The notes under the pieces are model-generated. The model worked only from the letters and a program-made list of their open reading frames with translations, ran no database searches and was not told the origin of the DNA. 31,044 bases of DNA, taken from contig JBQTJP010000011.1 of assembly GCA_052386995.1 (NCBI GenBank), forward strand, positions 1-31,044, read 5' to 3'. The first letter of the stretch is position 1, and each line of letters starts with the position of its first letter. Source of the DNA: Armatimonadota bacterium. Its GTDB lineage: Bacteria > Sysuimicrobiota > Sysuimicrobiia > Sysuimicrobiales > Humicultoraceae. Positions 1 to 8,757 of this stretch are shown here, in pieces. Both the position numbers and the translations under genes were made by a program.

Positions 1-196
1 GCCCGTGTCGAAGAGGCTATCCCGCAGGATCAGCGTGAGCCCGAGATGCTCGAGCACGATCTCCGGGTCGCGGAGTAAGGATGGATCACGGCGGATTTCA
101 CGGCGGTGGAGGAGTGAAGAGCGAAAGCACTACCTACGTCCTCCGCCGCCCGCCCTGCGGGCGGGATGAGAAAGACAACTGCTCCCGCTCGTTCCG

Positions 197-910
197 CTAG
201 TAGATTCGCTTTCTCAGGCGCTCCGCATCGAGGATGACGATCTTCTTCCCGCGCAGCTCCAGCACTCCCTGGGCGCGAAACGATGCGAGCGCGCGGTTGA
301 CCCGCTCGCGCGTCGCCCCCACCATCCGCGCGAGGTCGGCCTGCGTCAAGTCTATGTCGATCTCGATGCCCTCTGCTATTTTGGTGCCGTAGCGATTGGC
401 CAAATCCAACAGTACCTTGGCGATACGGGCGTGGACGTCGAGAAAGGCCAAGGTTTCCGTGTACTCGATGAGATCGCGCTGACGGACGCTCAGCAGCTGG
501 AGCAGCGCACTGGCCAGCCGCGGTGTCTCGGCAAGGTAGCGCTGAAACTCATCGCGGCCCAGCGTGTACGTGACGGTATCTTCGAGAGCATCCGCGCTGG
601 CCGACCGCGGCCGGTCGTCGAGGAGGGCCATGTCCCCGAAGACGTCTCCCGACGCCAGCAGGTCGATGGTCAACTCGTCACCGCCTTCGGCGGGCAGGAA
701 GATGCGGACACGGCCCGACTCGATGATGTAGAGCGCATCCCCCGCCTGGTCCTTGTGAAAGATCATCGTTCCCTTTCGGTACGCGCGCCGGCGAAGCTGC
801 GGCGCGAGCCCTATGAGCACATCGTCGCTCACATCCTTGAACAGCGGGACGCGCCTCAGCAGCGCCAGCGGATCGCTCGCCATGACGCCCATGCCTTCGG
901 GCGGTGACAT
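197..910 (-). CDS. Crp/Fnr-family transcriptional regulator (cNMP-binding domain plus HTH)
   Basis: VPLF...IFHKDQAGDALYIIESGRVRI, GDMALLDDRPRSASA (cNMP pocket), LTQADLARMVGATRERVNRAL (Crp HTH). ATG at 910 chosen for the upstream AGGGA; ATGs at 892 and 883 are alternatives. Confidence 0.93.
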   Translation of the reverse strand: MSPPEGMGVMASDPLALLRRVPLFKDVSDDVLIGLAPQLRRRAYRKGTMIFHKDQAGDALYIIESGRVRIFLPAEGGDELTIDLLASGDVFGDMALLDDRPRSASADALEDTVTYTLGRDEFQRYLAETPRLASALLQLLSVRQRDLIEYTETLAFLDVHARIAKVLLDLANRYGTKIAEGIEIDIDLTQADLARMVGATRERVNRALASFRAQGVLELRGKKIVILDAERLRKRIY

Positions 911-1014
911 ATAATCCCTGCGTGAGTCGCCGTGCGCCCGCATTGGTTCTTATCAAAGCGGACGCCGACGCGGCGACACTGGCCGAGGCCGAACGAATCT
1001 TGTTCCGGTGGGTG

Positions 1015-1503
1015 CTATAAGGAAGCGGTTTCCTGCGATCCGGGAGGAACGACGGCGCGGGCGGCGTCGATGAGGCGCTCCAGCGCCGTCTCCGCACGTT
1101 TCAGGTAAACGTCCGGCACCAGCAGGTGATCGTGGTGAAACGATGAGAGCACGCCGACGGGAATGCCCGCACCGGCCAGGGCGGCCGTCACGGCGGCAAG
1201 ATAGCCTGTTGTCTCCCAGTCGAGGACGACATCGAGGGTGACTAGGCGGTGCCCGGGTTCCTCTCGCGCGCCCGGCAACTTCGCACGCAGGCGCTTCCAC
1301 TCGTCCTCTGGGAGTACGAGGGTCTGCTCGTGCGGGAAGATCTGGACGAAGAACGGGGCGTAGATGCCGGCAAGCGCGCCGCGCAGGCTCGCCTCGTGCG
1401 CCGATGGGACTCCCACGATCACGAAAGCGCGCGGATCGACCCGCAGCCGGGTGGCGGCAAGCAGCGCCGCGAGTGGTGCATCGGGCGTAGCGGTCATCAC
1501 CAC
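1015..1503 (-). CDS. ACT-domain protein (DUF2241/ACT_7-like)
   Basis: LVTLDVVLDWETTGYLAAVTAALAGAGIPVGVLSSFHHDHLLVP matches the C-terminal ACT_7 pattern. Start is uncertain (1503, 1500 or 1497). Confidence 0.8.
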   Translation of the reverse strand: MVMTATPDAPLAALLAATRLRVDPRAFVIVGVPSAHEASLRGALAGIYAPFFVQIFPHEQTLVLPEDEWKRLRAKLPGAREEPGHRLVTLDVVLDWETTGYLAAVTAALAGAGIPVGVLSSFHHDHLLVPDVYLKRAETALERLIDAARAVVPPGSQETASL

Positions 1504-1531
1504 ACGCGTCCAGGCGTCACGGAGCCCGTGG

Positions 1532-2710
1532 CTACGCCGCGAGGCGCAGCGCCTGATCGAAATCAGCGATAAGATCCTCCACGTCTTCGAGCCCGACCGA
1601 TACGCGAATCAGCCCGTCGGTGATCCCTGCGCGCTCGCGGTGCTCCCGGGGAATGTCTACGCTGGTGGTCGACGCCGGATGCGTGACGAGGGTCTCGGTC
1701 CCCCCGAGGCTGACCGCCATCAGGCAGGTCCGCAGAGACTCCACGCAGCGCACGCCCGACGCGAAGCCGCCCCTGACCTCGAACGACAGCATGCCCCCAA
1801 ACCCGCGCATCTGGCGGGCAGCGACGGCATGCCCGGGGTGGCCTGCCAGGCCAGGGTAGCTCACCCGGTCCACCTGCCGGTGGCCGGCGAGATACTCGGC
1901 GAGCCGCCGCGCGTTCGCGTTGTGGCGCTCGACCCGCAGCCCCAGTGTCTTGAGGCCGCGCAGCAGCAGCCATGCCGCGAACGGGTCGAGCACGGGTCCA
2001 AAGATCCGCAGATGATGCCTGGCGCGCTGAATGAGATCGCGGCGGCCCACGATCACCCCGGCGGAAGTATCCGCGTGGCCGCCGAGGTACTTCGTGGCGC
2101 TGTGAACTACGAGATCGACTCCCAGCGCGCACGGCGTGGTATTGAACGGCGAGGCGAACGTGTTGTCGGCAATCGTGGTGGCCCCGATGCGGCGTGCCAG
2201 CGCCACGACGGCGGCGATGTCGGTCACATGGACAAGCGGATTGTTGGGTGTCTCGATGTACAGCAGACGGGTGTTGGGCCGCGCGGCGCGCTCATACGCG
2301 GCGATGTCGGTCGTATCGATCAAGGTCACCTCGACGCCAAACTTTGGCAGGATCTCATCGAGCAGCTGGAAGCTGGCCTGGTACACGGCGCGCGGCGAGA
2401 CAACGTGCGCGCCAGGTTCGACGGCGCCGACGACGGCCATGGCGATGGCGCCCATGCCCGAGGCGGTGGCCAGACCGTCTTCCGCGCCTTCGAGGAGGGC
2501 CATGCGCTCCTCGAAAAGCCGTGTTGTCGGATTGCCCCACCGCGTGTAGTACCAGCCTTCGCCGCGATCCTTTCCTAGTTCGGCGCCTTCGGCGACGGAA
2601 TCGAAGCGGAAGGTGGATGTCTGATAGATGGGCGGGCTCACAGACTTCAGCGGATCCTGCACCGTCCCACCGTGGATCGCGCGGGTCTGAAACCCTCGTG
2701 AATCGCTCAT
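1532..2710 (-). CDS. Cys/Met metabolism PLP-dependent lyase (methionine gamma-lyase / cystathionine gamma-synthase family)
   Basis: PPIYQTSTF, YTRWGNPT, ASGMGAI, ETPNNP, DNTFASP, HSATKYLGGH (PLP Lys), SLGGTETL, IRVSVGLE. ATG at 2710 is preceded by GGAGGAG; the listed 584-aa ORF is over-extended into the EamA remnant. Confidence 0.92.
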   Translation of the reverse strand: MSDSRGFQTRAIHGGTVQDPLKSVSPPIYQTSTFRFDSVAEGAELGKDRGEGWYYTRWGNPTTRLFEERMALLEGAEDGLATASGMGAIAMAVVGAVEPGAHVVSPRAVYQASFQLLDEILPKFGVEVTLIDTTDIAAYERAARPNTRLLYIETPNNPLVHVTDIAAVVALARRIGATTIADNTFASPFNTTPCALGVDLVVHSATKYLGGHADTSAGVIVGRRDLIQRARHHLRIFGPVLDPFAAWLLLRGLKTLGLRVERHNANARRLAEYLAGHRQVDRVSYPGLAGHPGHAVAARQMRGFGGMLSFEVRGGFASGVRCVESLRTCLMAVSLGGTETLVTHPASTTSVDIPREHRERAGITDGLIRVSVGLEDVEDLIADFDQALRLAA

Positions 2711-3351
2711 CGTCGCTCCTCCCGATGCACCGTGCCTGCGTCCTGCTTCAGTTCGGCGGTGACAATACCTGCGAGGATCAACGCCGCGCCCGGCGCCTGG
2801 AGGCCGCTCAGCGTGTCGCCGAGCAACGGCGCCGGCGCTGGCAAGAGCGTTCCCCGGATGCTCGGTGATCGCCGCCAGCGCGCCGAGCCCGGCCACGGCC
2901 ACGACCTGCGCCGCGGTCAGCGCGAACGGGTCAGCAGCCCCAACCCGATCGTCGCCGCAGCGACCCCGGCGAGCACGGCGGGATGTGGCATCCGGCGCAA
3001 CCACACGGCCGAGATCACGGGAACCATTGCCACGGAGAGCCCGGTGATGAGCCCCGCGTTCGACGCTGTCGTCAGCCTGAGACCGAACGTTTGCAGCCCG
3101 TACGCCACAAAGAGCACGATGCCAACGCCGGCGGCAGCCGTCCAATCGCGCCTGGAAGTGGCAGCCCCGCCCCGGGGCAGGATCGCCAGCAGGACGGCGG
3201 CGGCCAGACCAAACCGCACCGCAAGATATGTAAACGGCGGCAGCGTGGACAGGACGATCTTGCCGAGCGGGAAGGTCAGGCCCCAAGCGGCGGCCACAGC
3301 GAGGAGCGCGAGATCGGCCAGCCGACGCGGCACGCGGCGCGCCTCTACCAT
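2707..3351 (-). pseudogene. EamA/DMT-family transporter, disrupted by two internal deletions
   Basis: The N-half (WGLTFP, RFGLA, LQTFGLRLTTASNAGLITGL) ends in TGA at 2917-2919. The middle fragment DPFALTAAQVVAV is in another frame. The C-terminal LLGDTLSGLQAPGAALILAGIVTAEL returns to the first frame and stops at 2707. Confidence 0.82.
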
Positions 3352-3361
3352 GACGTCACTC

Positions 3362-3391
3362 ATGATAGGAATCGCAGTTTTGGATTGTCAA
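3362..3391 (-). promoter_or_regulatory. Sigma70-type promoter for the eamA / PLP lyase / ACT transcript
   Basis: Minus strand TTGACA (3391-3386), 18-nt spacer, TATCAT (3367-3362). Confidence 0.75.
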
Positions 3392-3514
3392 CGCGCCGGG
3401 AGGCGCGCCGGGCGGCTACCGGTTTGGAGATTACGCGCGCTGACCCGGGCCCGTGCGCGCGCCGGGGGTGGGCAGGGCTGGGCCGCGCCGCCACAGAAAC
3501 CCCTGTGTTGCGTT

Positions 3515-4432
3515 ATGCGACTGGGAGCTCACGTTTCGATCAGCGGCTCTCTTGACCTGGCGATCGACCGCGCGGTGGCAATCGGGTGCGAGTGTCTCCA
3601 GATATTCTATGGGTCGCCGCGGCAGTGGCGGGTGGTCGTGTACACTGAGGAGGCAATTGCGCGATTCGTCGACAAACGCCGCGCGGCAATGCTGGATCCG
3701 CTCGTCACCCACGCCGCCTACCTGGTGAATCTCGCGGCGCCAAATCGCGAGTATCGCCGAAAGTCGATGATCTCATTGCTGGCCACGCTCCGCGGGGCGG
3801 AACGACTCGAGGGTCTCGGCGCGGTCACGCACCTGGGGAGCCGCATGGGAACGCCGCGGCCTCTGGCGCTGCGGCGGGCGGCCTCCTCGATCCGCTCCAT
3901 CCTCGATCGGACGACGCGCGCCATGGTGCTCCTGGAGAACAGCGTCGGGGTGGGCGGGCTTCTTGGCGCGGAGTTCGACGATCTCGCGGAAATGCTCGAT
4001 CTGCTCGGCCACAACCCGCGCGTCGGCATCTGTCTGGACACCGCGCACCTGTTTGCCACGGGGTGGGACCTGCGCACGCCGGCCGGCATCGACGGGATGG
4101 TCCAGGCCTTCGATCGTACGGTCGGCTGGCCGCACGTCCGCATGATCCATCTCAATGACTCCAAGGGCGCACTGGGCTCGCGGGTCGACCGGCACGAGAA
4201 TATCGGCGAAGGCTGGATCGGCCTCGACGGCTTTCGCGCACTGCTCGCACATCCCCGGCTTCGCCCGCTGTTCGGAATCATGGAGACACCGGGATTCGAT
4301 CGGGCAGGGCCCGACCGGAAGAACATCACCCGCCTCAAGCGCCTGCGTGGCTTGAGGCGCACCCCGCCGCAACGGCCGCCCCGCACTCATCTCGCCCCAT
4401 CATCCTCAGGCCGCCAAGGAGGAGCGTCGTGA
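3515..4432 (+). CDS. nfo: Endonuclease IV (AP endonuclease)
   Basis: MRLGAHVSISG, HAAYLVNLA, HLGS, LLEN, CLDTAHLFATG, HLNDSK, DRHENIGEG, IMETP. Real start is the ATG at 3515 inside the 2732..4432 ORF. Confidence 0.95.
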   Translation: MRLGAHVSISGSLDLAIDRAVAIGCECLQIFYGSPRQWRVVVYTEEAIARFVDKRRAAMLDPLVTHAAYLVNLAAPNREYRRKSMISLLATLRGAERLEGLGAVTHLGSRMGTPRPLALRRAASSIRSILDRTTRAMVLLENSVGVGGLLGAEFDDLAEMLDLLGHNPRVGICLDTAHLFATGWDLRTPAGIDGMVQAFDRTVGWPHVRMIHLNDSKGALGSRVDRHENIGEGWIGLDGFRALLAHPRLRPLFGIMETPGFDRAGPDRKNITRLKRLRGLRRTPPQRPPRTHLAPSSSGRQGGAS

Positions 4433-5289
4433 GCACAGACCGCTTCGTCGAAATATTCGGATCCCGCATCCGCTATCGCGTACAGGGCAGTGGACCGCCG
4501 ATCGTATTGATTCACGGTGTGGGCGCGTCGCTGGAGTTCTGGAACTGGACAACCCCTGTGCTCAGCGAGCGGCACACGACGATCGCGTTCGACTATCCCG
4601 GATTCGGGGAATCGGATCCGCGCGAGTCGGCCTATTCACCCAGCGGCGCCGCGGAGACGGTTCTCGGCTTTTTGGACGCCGTAGGGATCAAGGCCCCGGT
4701 GCTCGTCGGATCGTCGCTCGGTGGGGCAATCGCAACGCTCGCGGCCGGCACCGTGCCCGAGCGGATCAGCGCGCTGGTCCTCGTCGCCCCCGGCGGATTT
4801 GGCACGGGTGTGAATCTGCTCATGCGTCTGCAGACGGTCCCGCTGCTTGGCGAGGGGCTGCTCGCCCTGGCGCGCCTCGACCCGCACCTGGCGGTGCGCG
4901 ATCTTTTCACGGACCCTCGGCGCGTTCCGCCGCAGGTGCTCGAGATCATCAAGACCAACGCCGCCAAGCCGGCGCATGAGCGGACGTATCTCAAGGTGCT
5001 GCGCATCGCGGTCGGGCTGGGTGGCGTCCGGCAGTCCATGGTCGCCGAGGTGCACCGGGCGGCCGCCCGTGTTGCCGCGCCGACCCTGATCCTCTGGGGT
5101 GACCGCGACCGGATCATCCCACCCGATCAGGCCGCGGTTGCCTCGCGGGCTATCCCCGGATCTCGTGTGCACCTGATCAAGGGCACCGGGCATCTGCCGT
5201 ACGTGGAAACGCCGGACGACTTCAACACCGCAATGTGGGCGTTCCTGATGCCGCACACCCGCCCGGTCGAGGCCCGCGTGGGGCATTGA
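4429..5289 (+). CDS. Alpha/beta-fold hydrolase
   Basis: LIHGVG, DYPGFGES, nucleophile elbow GSSLGG, LWGDRDRIIP (Asp), GHLP (His). GTG start with upstream AAGGAGG, overlapping the nfo stop. Confidence 0.92.
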   Translation: MSTDRFVEIFGSRIRYRVQGSGPPIVLIHGVGASLEFWNWTTPVLSERHTTIAFDYPGFGESDPRESAYSPSGAAETVLGFLDAVGIKAPVLVGSSLGGAIATLAAGTVPERISALVLVAPGGFGTGVNLLMRLQTVPLLGEGLLALARLDPHLAVRDLFTDPRRVPPQVLEIIKTNAAKPAHERTYLKVLRIAVGLGGVRQSMVAEVHRAAARVAAPTLILWGDRDRIIPPDQAAVASRAIPGSRVHLIKGTGHLPYVETPDDFNTAMWAFLMPHTRPVEARVGH

Positions 5290-5528
5290 ATGCCATCGCC
5301 TGCGCGCACCATGCCGAGCGTACGGCGCTGGCCTATTGCGCCGGCTGCGGCAAAGCCTTGTGCGCGGAGTGCGTCGTTCGGCTCAGCACCGGGAACTACT
5401 GCTCGTCGTGCGCCGAGACGCCTGATCATCGGCCGGCGGCGCAACGTCCGCGGCGCTCACGCGCGCTGCGCTGGGTGGGGCTCGCCGTGCTGCTCGTCGC
5501 GGGGTATGTGCTGCTGGTGCTGTTCTGA
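5286..5528 (+). CDS. Small B-box-type zinc-finger protein with a C-terminal transmembrane helix
   Basis: CAHH-x7-CAGCGKALCAEC-x9-CSSC, then a hydrophobic tail. TTG at 5286 overlaps the upstream TGA. Confidence 0.75.
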   Translation: MNAIACAHHAERTALAYCAGCGKALCAECVVRLSTGNYCSSCAETPDHRPAAQRPRRSRALRWVGLAVLLVAGYVLLVLF

Positions 5529-5564
5529 CGTTGTGCGGTAAGGAGGATCCCGCTGCTGCCGATC

Positions 5565-6503
5565 ATGCGTGATGTATTGCCGGTGCCGATTCATCCCGCT
5601 ACGGCCATGGGACCAGTTCACCTGGCCGTGGGCGACCTGGAGCGTTCGGTACGATTCTACGAAGATGTCCTCGGGTTGCGGACCGCGTCGCGCGCCAACG
5701 CGTCGGCGGCGCTCGCCGCCGGTCCGGAGGCGCCAGGAGAGGTCCTCGTACGGCTCACCGAGGTGCCCGGCGCTCGGCCACAGCCTCGCCGCACCATCGG
5801 GTTGTATCATTTCGCCATCCTGATGCCCACTAGAGCGGCGCTGGCGCGGTCGCTGCGCCGCCTGATCGAGACGCGCTACCGGCTGCACGGCGCATCCGAT
5901 CACCTGGTCAGCGAGGCTCTCTATCTCGACGACCCGGACGGCAACGGCATCGAGCTGTACGCCGATCGGCCTCGAGAGCGCTGGGCAAGGACCAGCGGTG
6001 GCGTCGCGATGGCGACGGATCCGCTGAATCTGGACGACCTCCTCGCCGAGGTGCGGTCAGAGGCGTCCAACCAGCCGTTCGCGCTAGATCCATCTACCAG
6101 GATCGGGCACGTGCACCTGCACGTCTCGTCGCTCGAGCAGGCCGAAGCCTTCTACCACCGGGTCCTGGGATTTGAGGTCACACAGCGTGACTATCCGGGC
6201 GCGCTCTTCCTGGCGGCGGGAGACTATCACCACCATATCGGCGCGAACATCTGGGCGGGCGCAGGCGCGCCTCGACCGCCCGCAGGGTCGGCGGGGCTCC
6301 GTGAGTTTACGATCGTCCTGCCCGATGAGACCGAATTGCAGACGGTGGTGGCACGACTGCGCATTGGTGGAGCCGAGCCAGTGCGCACTCAGGAGGGATG
6401 GCGCGTCCCCGATCCATCGAGCGGTGTCGACCTGCTGCTCGCGGCCGCGATTCCCGCGCCGTCTCGACAGAGCCCTACGAGCTCCGTGGCCGAGACGTTC
6501 TAG
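5565..6503 (+). CDS. VOC-family two-domain extradiol dioxygenase (CatE/YfiE-like)
   Basis: GPVHLAV, GLYHFAILMP, GASDHLVSEALYLDDPDGNGIELYADRP, IGHVHLHV, YHHHIGANIW. Confidence 0.9.
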   Translation: MRDVLPVPIHPATAMGPVHLAVGDLERSVRFYEDVLGLRTASRANASAALAAGPEAPGEVLVRLTEVPGARPQPRRTIGLYHFAILMPTRAALARSLRRLIETRYRLHGASDHLVSEALYLDDPDGNGIELYADRPRERWARTSGGVAMATDPLNLDDLLAEVRSEASNQPFALDPSTRIGHVHLHVSSLEQAEAFYHRVLGFEVTQRDYPGALFLAAGDYHHHIGANIWAGAGAPRPPAGSAGLREFTIVLPDETELQTVVARLRIGGAEPVRTQEGWRVPDPSSGVDLLLAAAIPAPSRQSPTSSVAETF

Positions 6504-7318
6504 CCCTTATACGTCAGCACTCGGCCCCAGAGGCTCTTCGTCCCCCAGATCCCTGAACGCAGGCATTCGAGCTGCACGATCTGGCTGTGGTCCACGAACA
6601 GGTTGACCTCGGGCCCGTAGTTCTTGATGTACCAGGCGAAGACTTCCGGATCGGACGCTTCGAACATCACCTTCTCCAGTCCGAGCGCGTCGGCAAACTT
6701 GCCCGGGACATCAGTCCGCCAGGTCCGGACGTTCTCGGTGATCCCCTCGGACTCGACCATGATCATGTAGGCGCCAGCGTCAAGGAACCGTTTGGCCTGG
6801 CCAATGGCCCACTCCGGCGCGCGTGTCCCCTCGGCCTCCAGTTCCGCCACCGCAGTTGCGCCGCCGGCCCCGAATTGAATTCCCACCTCGGGCTTGGCCT
6901 TCATGCCCGCCTTCTGCACCGTCTCCACCAGACGCAGCCAGTCGTCGGTCGGAATCGTGATGAACCCGCTGGACAGCTCGATGATGTCGAAGCCCAGCTT
7001 CGCACACTCCTTGATGTATCGGTCGACCGCCTGCGCACCCTGCGTGAGCACGTTCTCGATGAACCCGCCGGTGGACACGAGCACGTTGTTCGCGTGGCAG
7101 AGGTCGATCAGCCCTTTCACCGCCTGCGTGGGCATCAGCGAGAACGAGCCCCCGGCAAACTTGAGCGCGTCGACGTAGGCGCCCATGGTCTCGAGCACGT
7201 CCTGCAGGTAGCGCGTACCCATAGGCGTGTAATACGGCCCCCGGATTTCGGTGACGCCGCGGGTGCGCGGCTTGGGTGGGCGGTCGTTGACCTTGAGGAA
7301 TGAAAACGCGCGCTCCAT
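6500..7318 (-). CDS. ComA (phosphosulfolactate synthase) superfamily protein, HSA32-like clade
   Basis: KPRTRGVTEIRGPYY, LKFAGGS, STGGFIE, FEAS, YGPEVNLFVDHSQIVQLECLRSG. ATG at 7318 follows GGAGG. Confidence 0.88.
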   Translation of the reverse strand: MERAFSFLKVNDRPPKPRTRGVTEIRGPYYTPMGTRYLQDVLETMGAYVDALKFAGGSFSLMPTQAVKGLIDLCHANNVLVSTGGFIENVLTQGAQAVDRYIKECAKLGFDIIELSSGFITIPTDDWLRLVETVQKAGMKAKPEVGIQFGAGGATAVAELEAEGTRAPEWAIGQAKRFLDAGAYMIMVESEGITENVRTWRTDVPGKFADALGLEKVMFEASDPEVFAWYIKNYGPEVNLFVDHSQIVQLECLRSGIWGTKSLWGRVLTYKG

Positions 7319-7363
7319 CGATCTGCCTCCCGTTTCTGTTGCCACCTGCGGCCTCAGCGGGCG

Positions 7364-8740
7364 CTATCCGCGTGCCGGAGCGGCAACCCCCGCCAGCACC
7401 CGCATGAGGTCGGCGATCCGAATGCCGTCCAGGGCGGCCGTGGCGTCGACGATCTCACGGCGCAGGCCCGCATTAGTATAGGGCGCGCCGAGCCGCTCGA
7501 ACTTCGCGACCGCGGTTTCCCACTGCATCGGCCGGGTATGAAAGCCTTCGTAATCGTCTTTGTCTTTGACGAGCGTCCGTCCGTCGTGGAGCGTGATCGC
7601 CACACGGCATGGCATGCGCTGAGGAAATCGCCGGCTGTAGGCGTCGGAAGGGCGCACGATCACTTTGCGCAGCAACGCCTGGACGTCGTCACGCACGATC
7701 CGCTCGGGGCGGTACTGCTCGGGCATCACCTGGCCGTCGAGTACGGCCACGGCCACCATGTACGGCAGGCTGTGATCCGCTTCTTCCTTGGTCCGGATCG
7801 CCGTCTTGTCCCCTTCCTCGCCCCCGCCGATGATGTGGTAGGCGACGTCGAAGGTCTCTATCTCTACCCGCACAATGTCCTCCGCCTTGAAGCCGTGCTC
7901 GCGTGTGAGCTCGATGACGCCTTCCAGCGTCGACTGTGAATGAATCTCTGCGTTGTATTTCTTGAGGATGGTCTGTCTCACCCGCTCGAGATCTTCCTTC
8001 AGCCAGTCGATTTCGAAGCGGCCGGCGATCGCGTCCATGAAGCCTTTGTTGCCCTCGAAGACTTCCGGGGGGCCGGTAATGCCTCGAGAAGCGAGAAACG
8101 CCGCGTGGGTGACCGCAAATCCCAGATTGGGATACGCGAGGCCTTTCCAGTGGGAGAGCGCGCCGGTGCGCGTGACGCGCAGCGCGTTGAACGCGGTGCC
8201 GCTGATGGCGATCGCGTTCGCGGTCTGGGTCTGATCCAGCCCCAGGGCTTTCGAGACACCGCAGGCGGCCGCATATGAGCCTTGCGTGGTGTGATCGAAC
8301 CCCTTGCTTCGCACGGGGGCGACGTCGCTCAGGCGGCACTGCACCTGGTACGCGACCGCCAGGGCGGTGAGAAACTGGCGGCCGGTGCCGCGAGCGTACT
8401 CGGATGCGGCCAGCACCGCGCCCACGTTGTCGCTGGGATGGCAGGTCTCCCCCGGCGCCAGGTAGCTATCGTTGAAGTCCAGGTAGCGGACCAGCGCGCC
8501 GTTGTACAGCGCCCCCCGGTCCGGCGCCGTCCGCCCGCCTCCGATCAGCGTACATCGTGGCGCGCCGCCGAACTCGTCAACCTGGGCGCGCACCATTCGG
8601 ATGGGCTCGCCGTCCAGCGCCCCAATGGCGCAGCCCAGGGAATCGAGCACACGGATCTTGAGCTGCTGGCGGGCTGCCTCCGACAGCTCGTCATAGGACG
8701 CCCGTACGACGAAGGCCGCGAGCCGCTCAGCGTGCGTCAC
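7364..8740 (-). CDS. MmgE/PrpD-family protein (2-methylcitrate dehydratase-like)
   Basis: LDSLGCAIGA, RYLDFND, HPSDN, LSHWKG, EGNKGF, KKYNAEIHSQ, ADHSLPY. Start placed at GTG 8740, just downstream of sdhD. Confidence 0.9.
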   Translation of the reverse strand: MTHAERLAAFVVRASYDELSEAARQQLKIRVLDSLGCAIGALDGEPIRMVRAQVDEFGGAPRCTLIGGGRTAPDRGALYNGALVRYLDFNDSYLAPGETCHPSDNVGAVLAASEYARGTGRQFLTALAVAYQVQCRLSDVAPVRSKGFDHTTQGSYAAACGVSKALGLDQTQTANAIAISGTAFNALRVTRTGALSHWKGLAYPNLGFAVTHAAFLASRGITGPPEVFEGNKGFMDAIAGRFEIDWLKEDLERVRQTILKKYNAEIHSQSTLEGVIELTREHGFKAEDIVRVEIETFDVAYHIIGGGEEGDKTAIRTKEEADHSLPYMVAVAVLDGQVMPEQYRPERIVRDDVQALLRKVIVRPSDAYSRRFPQRMPCRVAITLHDGRTLVKDKDDYEGFHTRPMQWETAVAKFERLGAPYTNAGLRREIVDATAALDGIRIADLMRVLAGVAAPARG

Positions 8741-8757
8741 GTGCGTTGCTGCATCCG

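Noticed and set aside
146..164. Rho-independent terminator after the crp-like gene
   Set aside because: A hairpin is present but no U-tract follows on the minus strand; an SD follows instead.
1532..3286. Apparent 584-aa N-terminally extended or fused PLP lyase
   Set aside because: The extension is an off-frame read through the EamA pseudogene; a strong SD and ATG sit at 2710.
2732..3514. Long N-terminal extension of Nfo
   Set aside because: Antisense to eamA; family homology begins at MRLGAH (3515).
6500..7318. Coenzyme M biosynthesis
   Set aside because: No comBCDE or xcb-type partners in the window, and the ComA motifs diverge from the canonical enzyme.
7364..8740. Methylcitrate cycle operon
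   Set aside because: No prpB, prpC or acnD/prpF nearby, so the prpD symbol was withheld.
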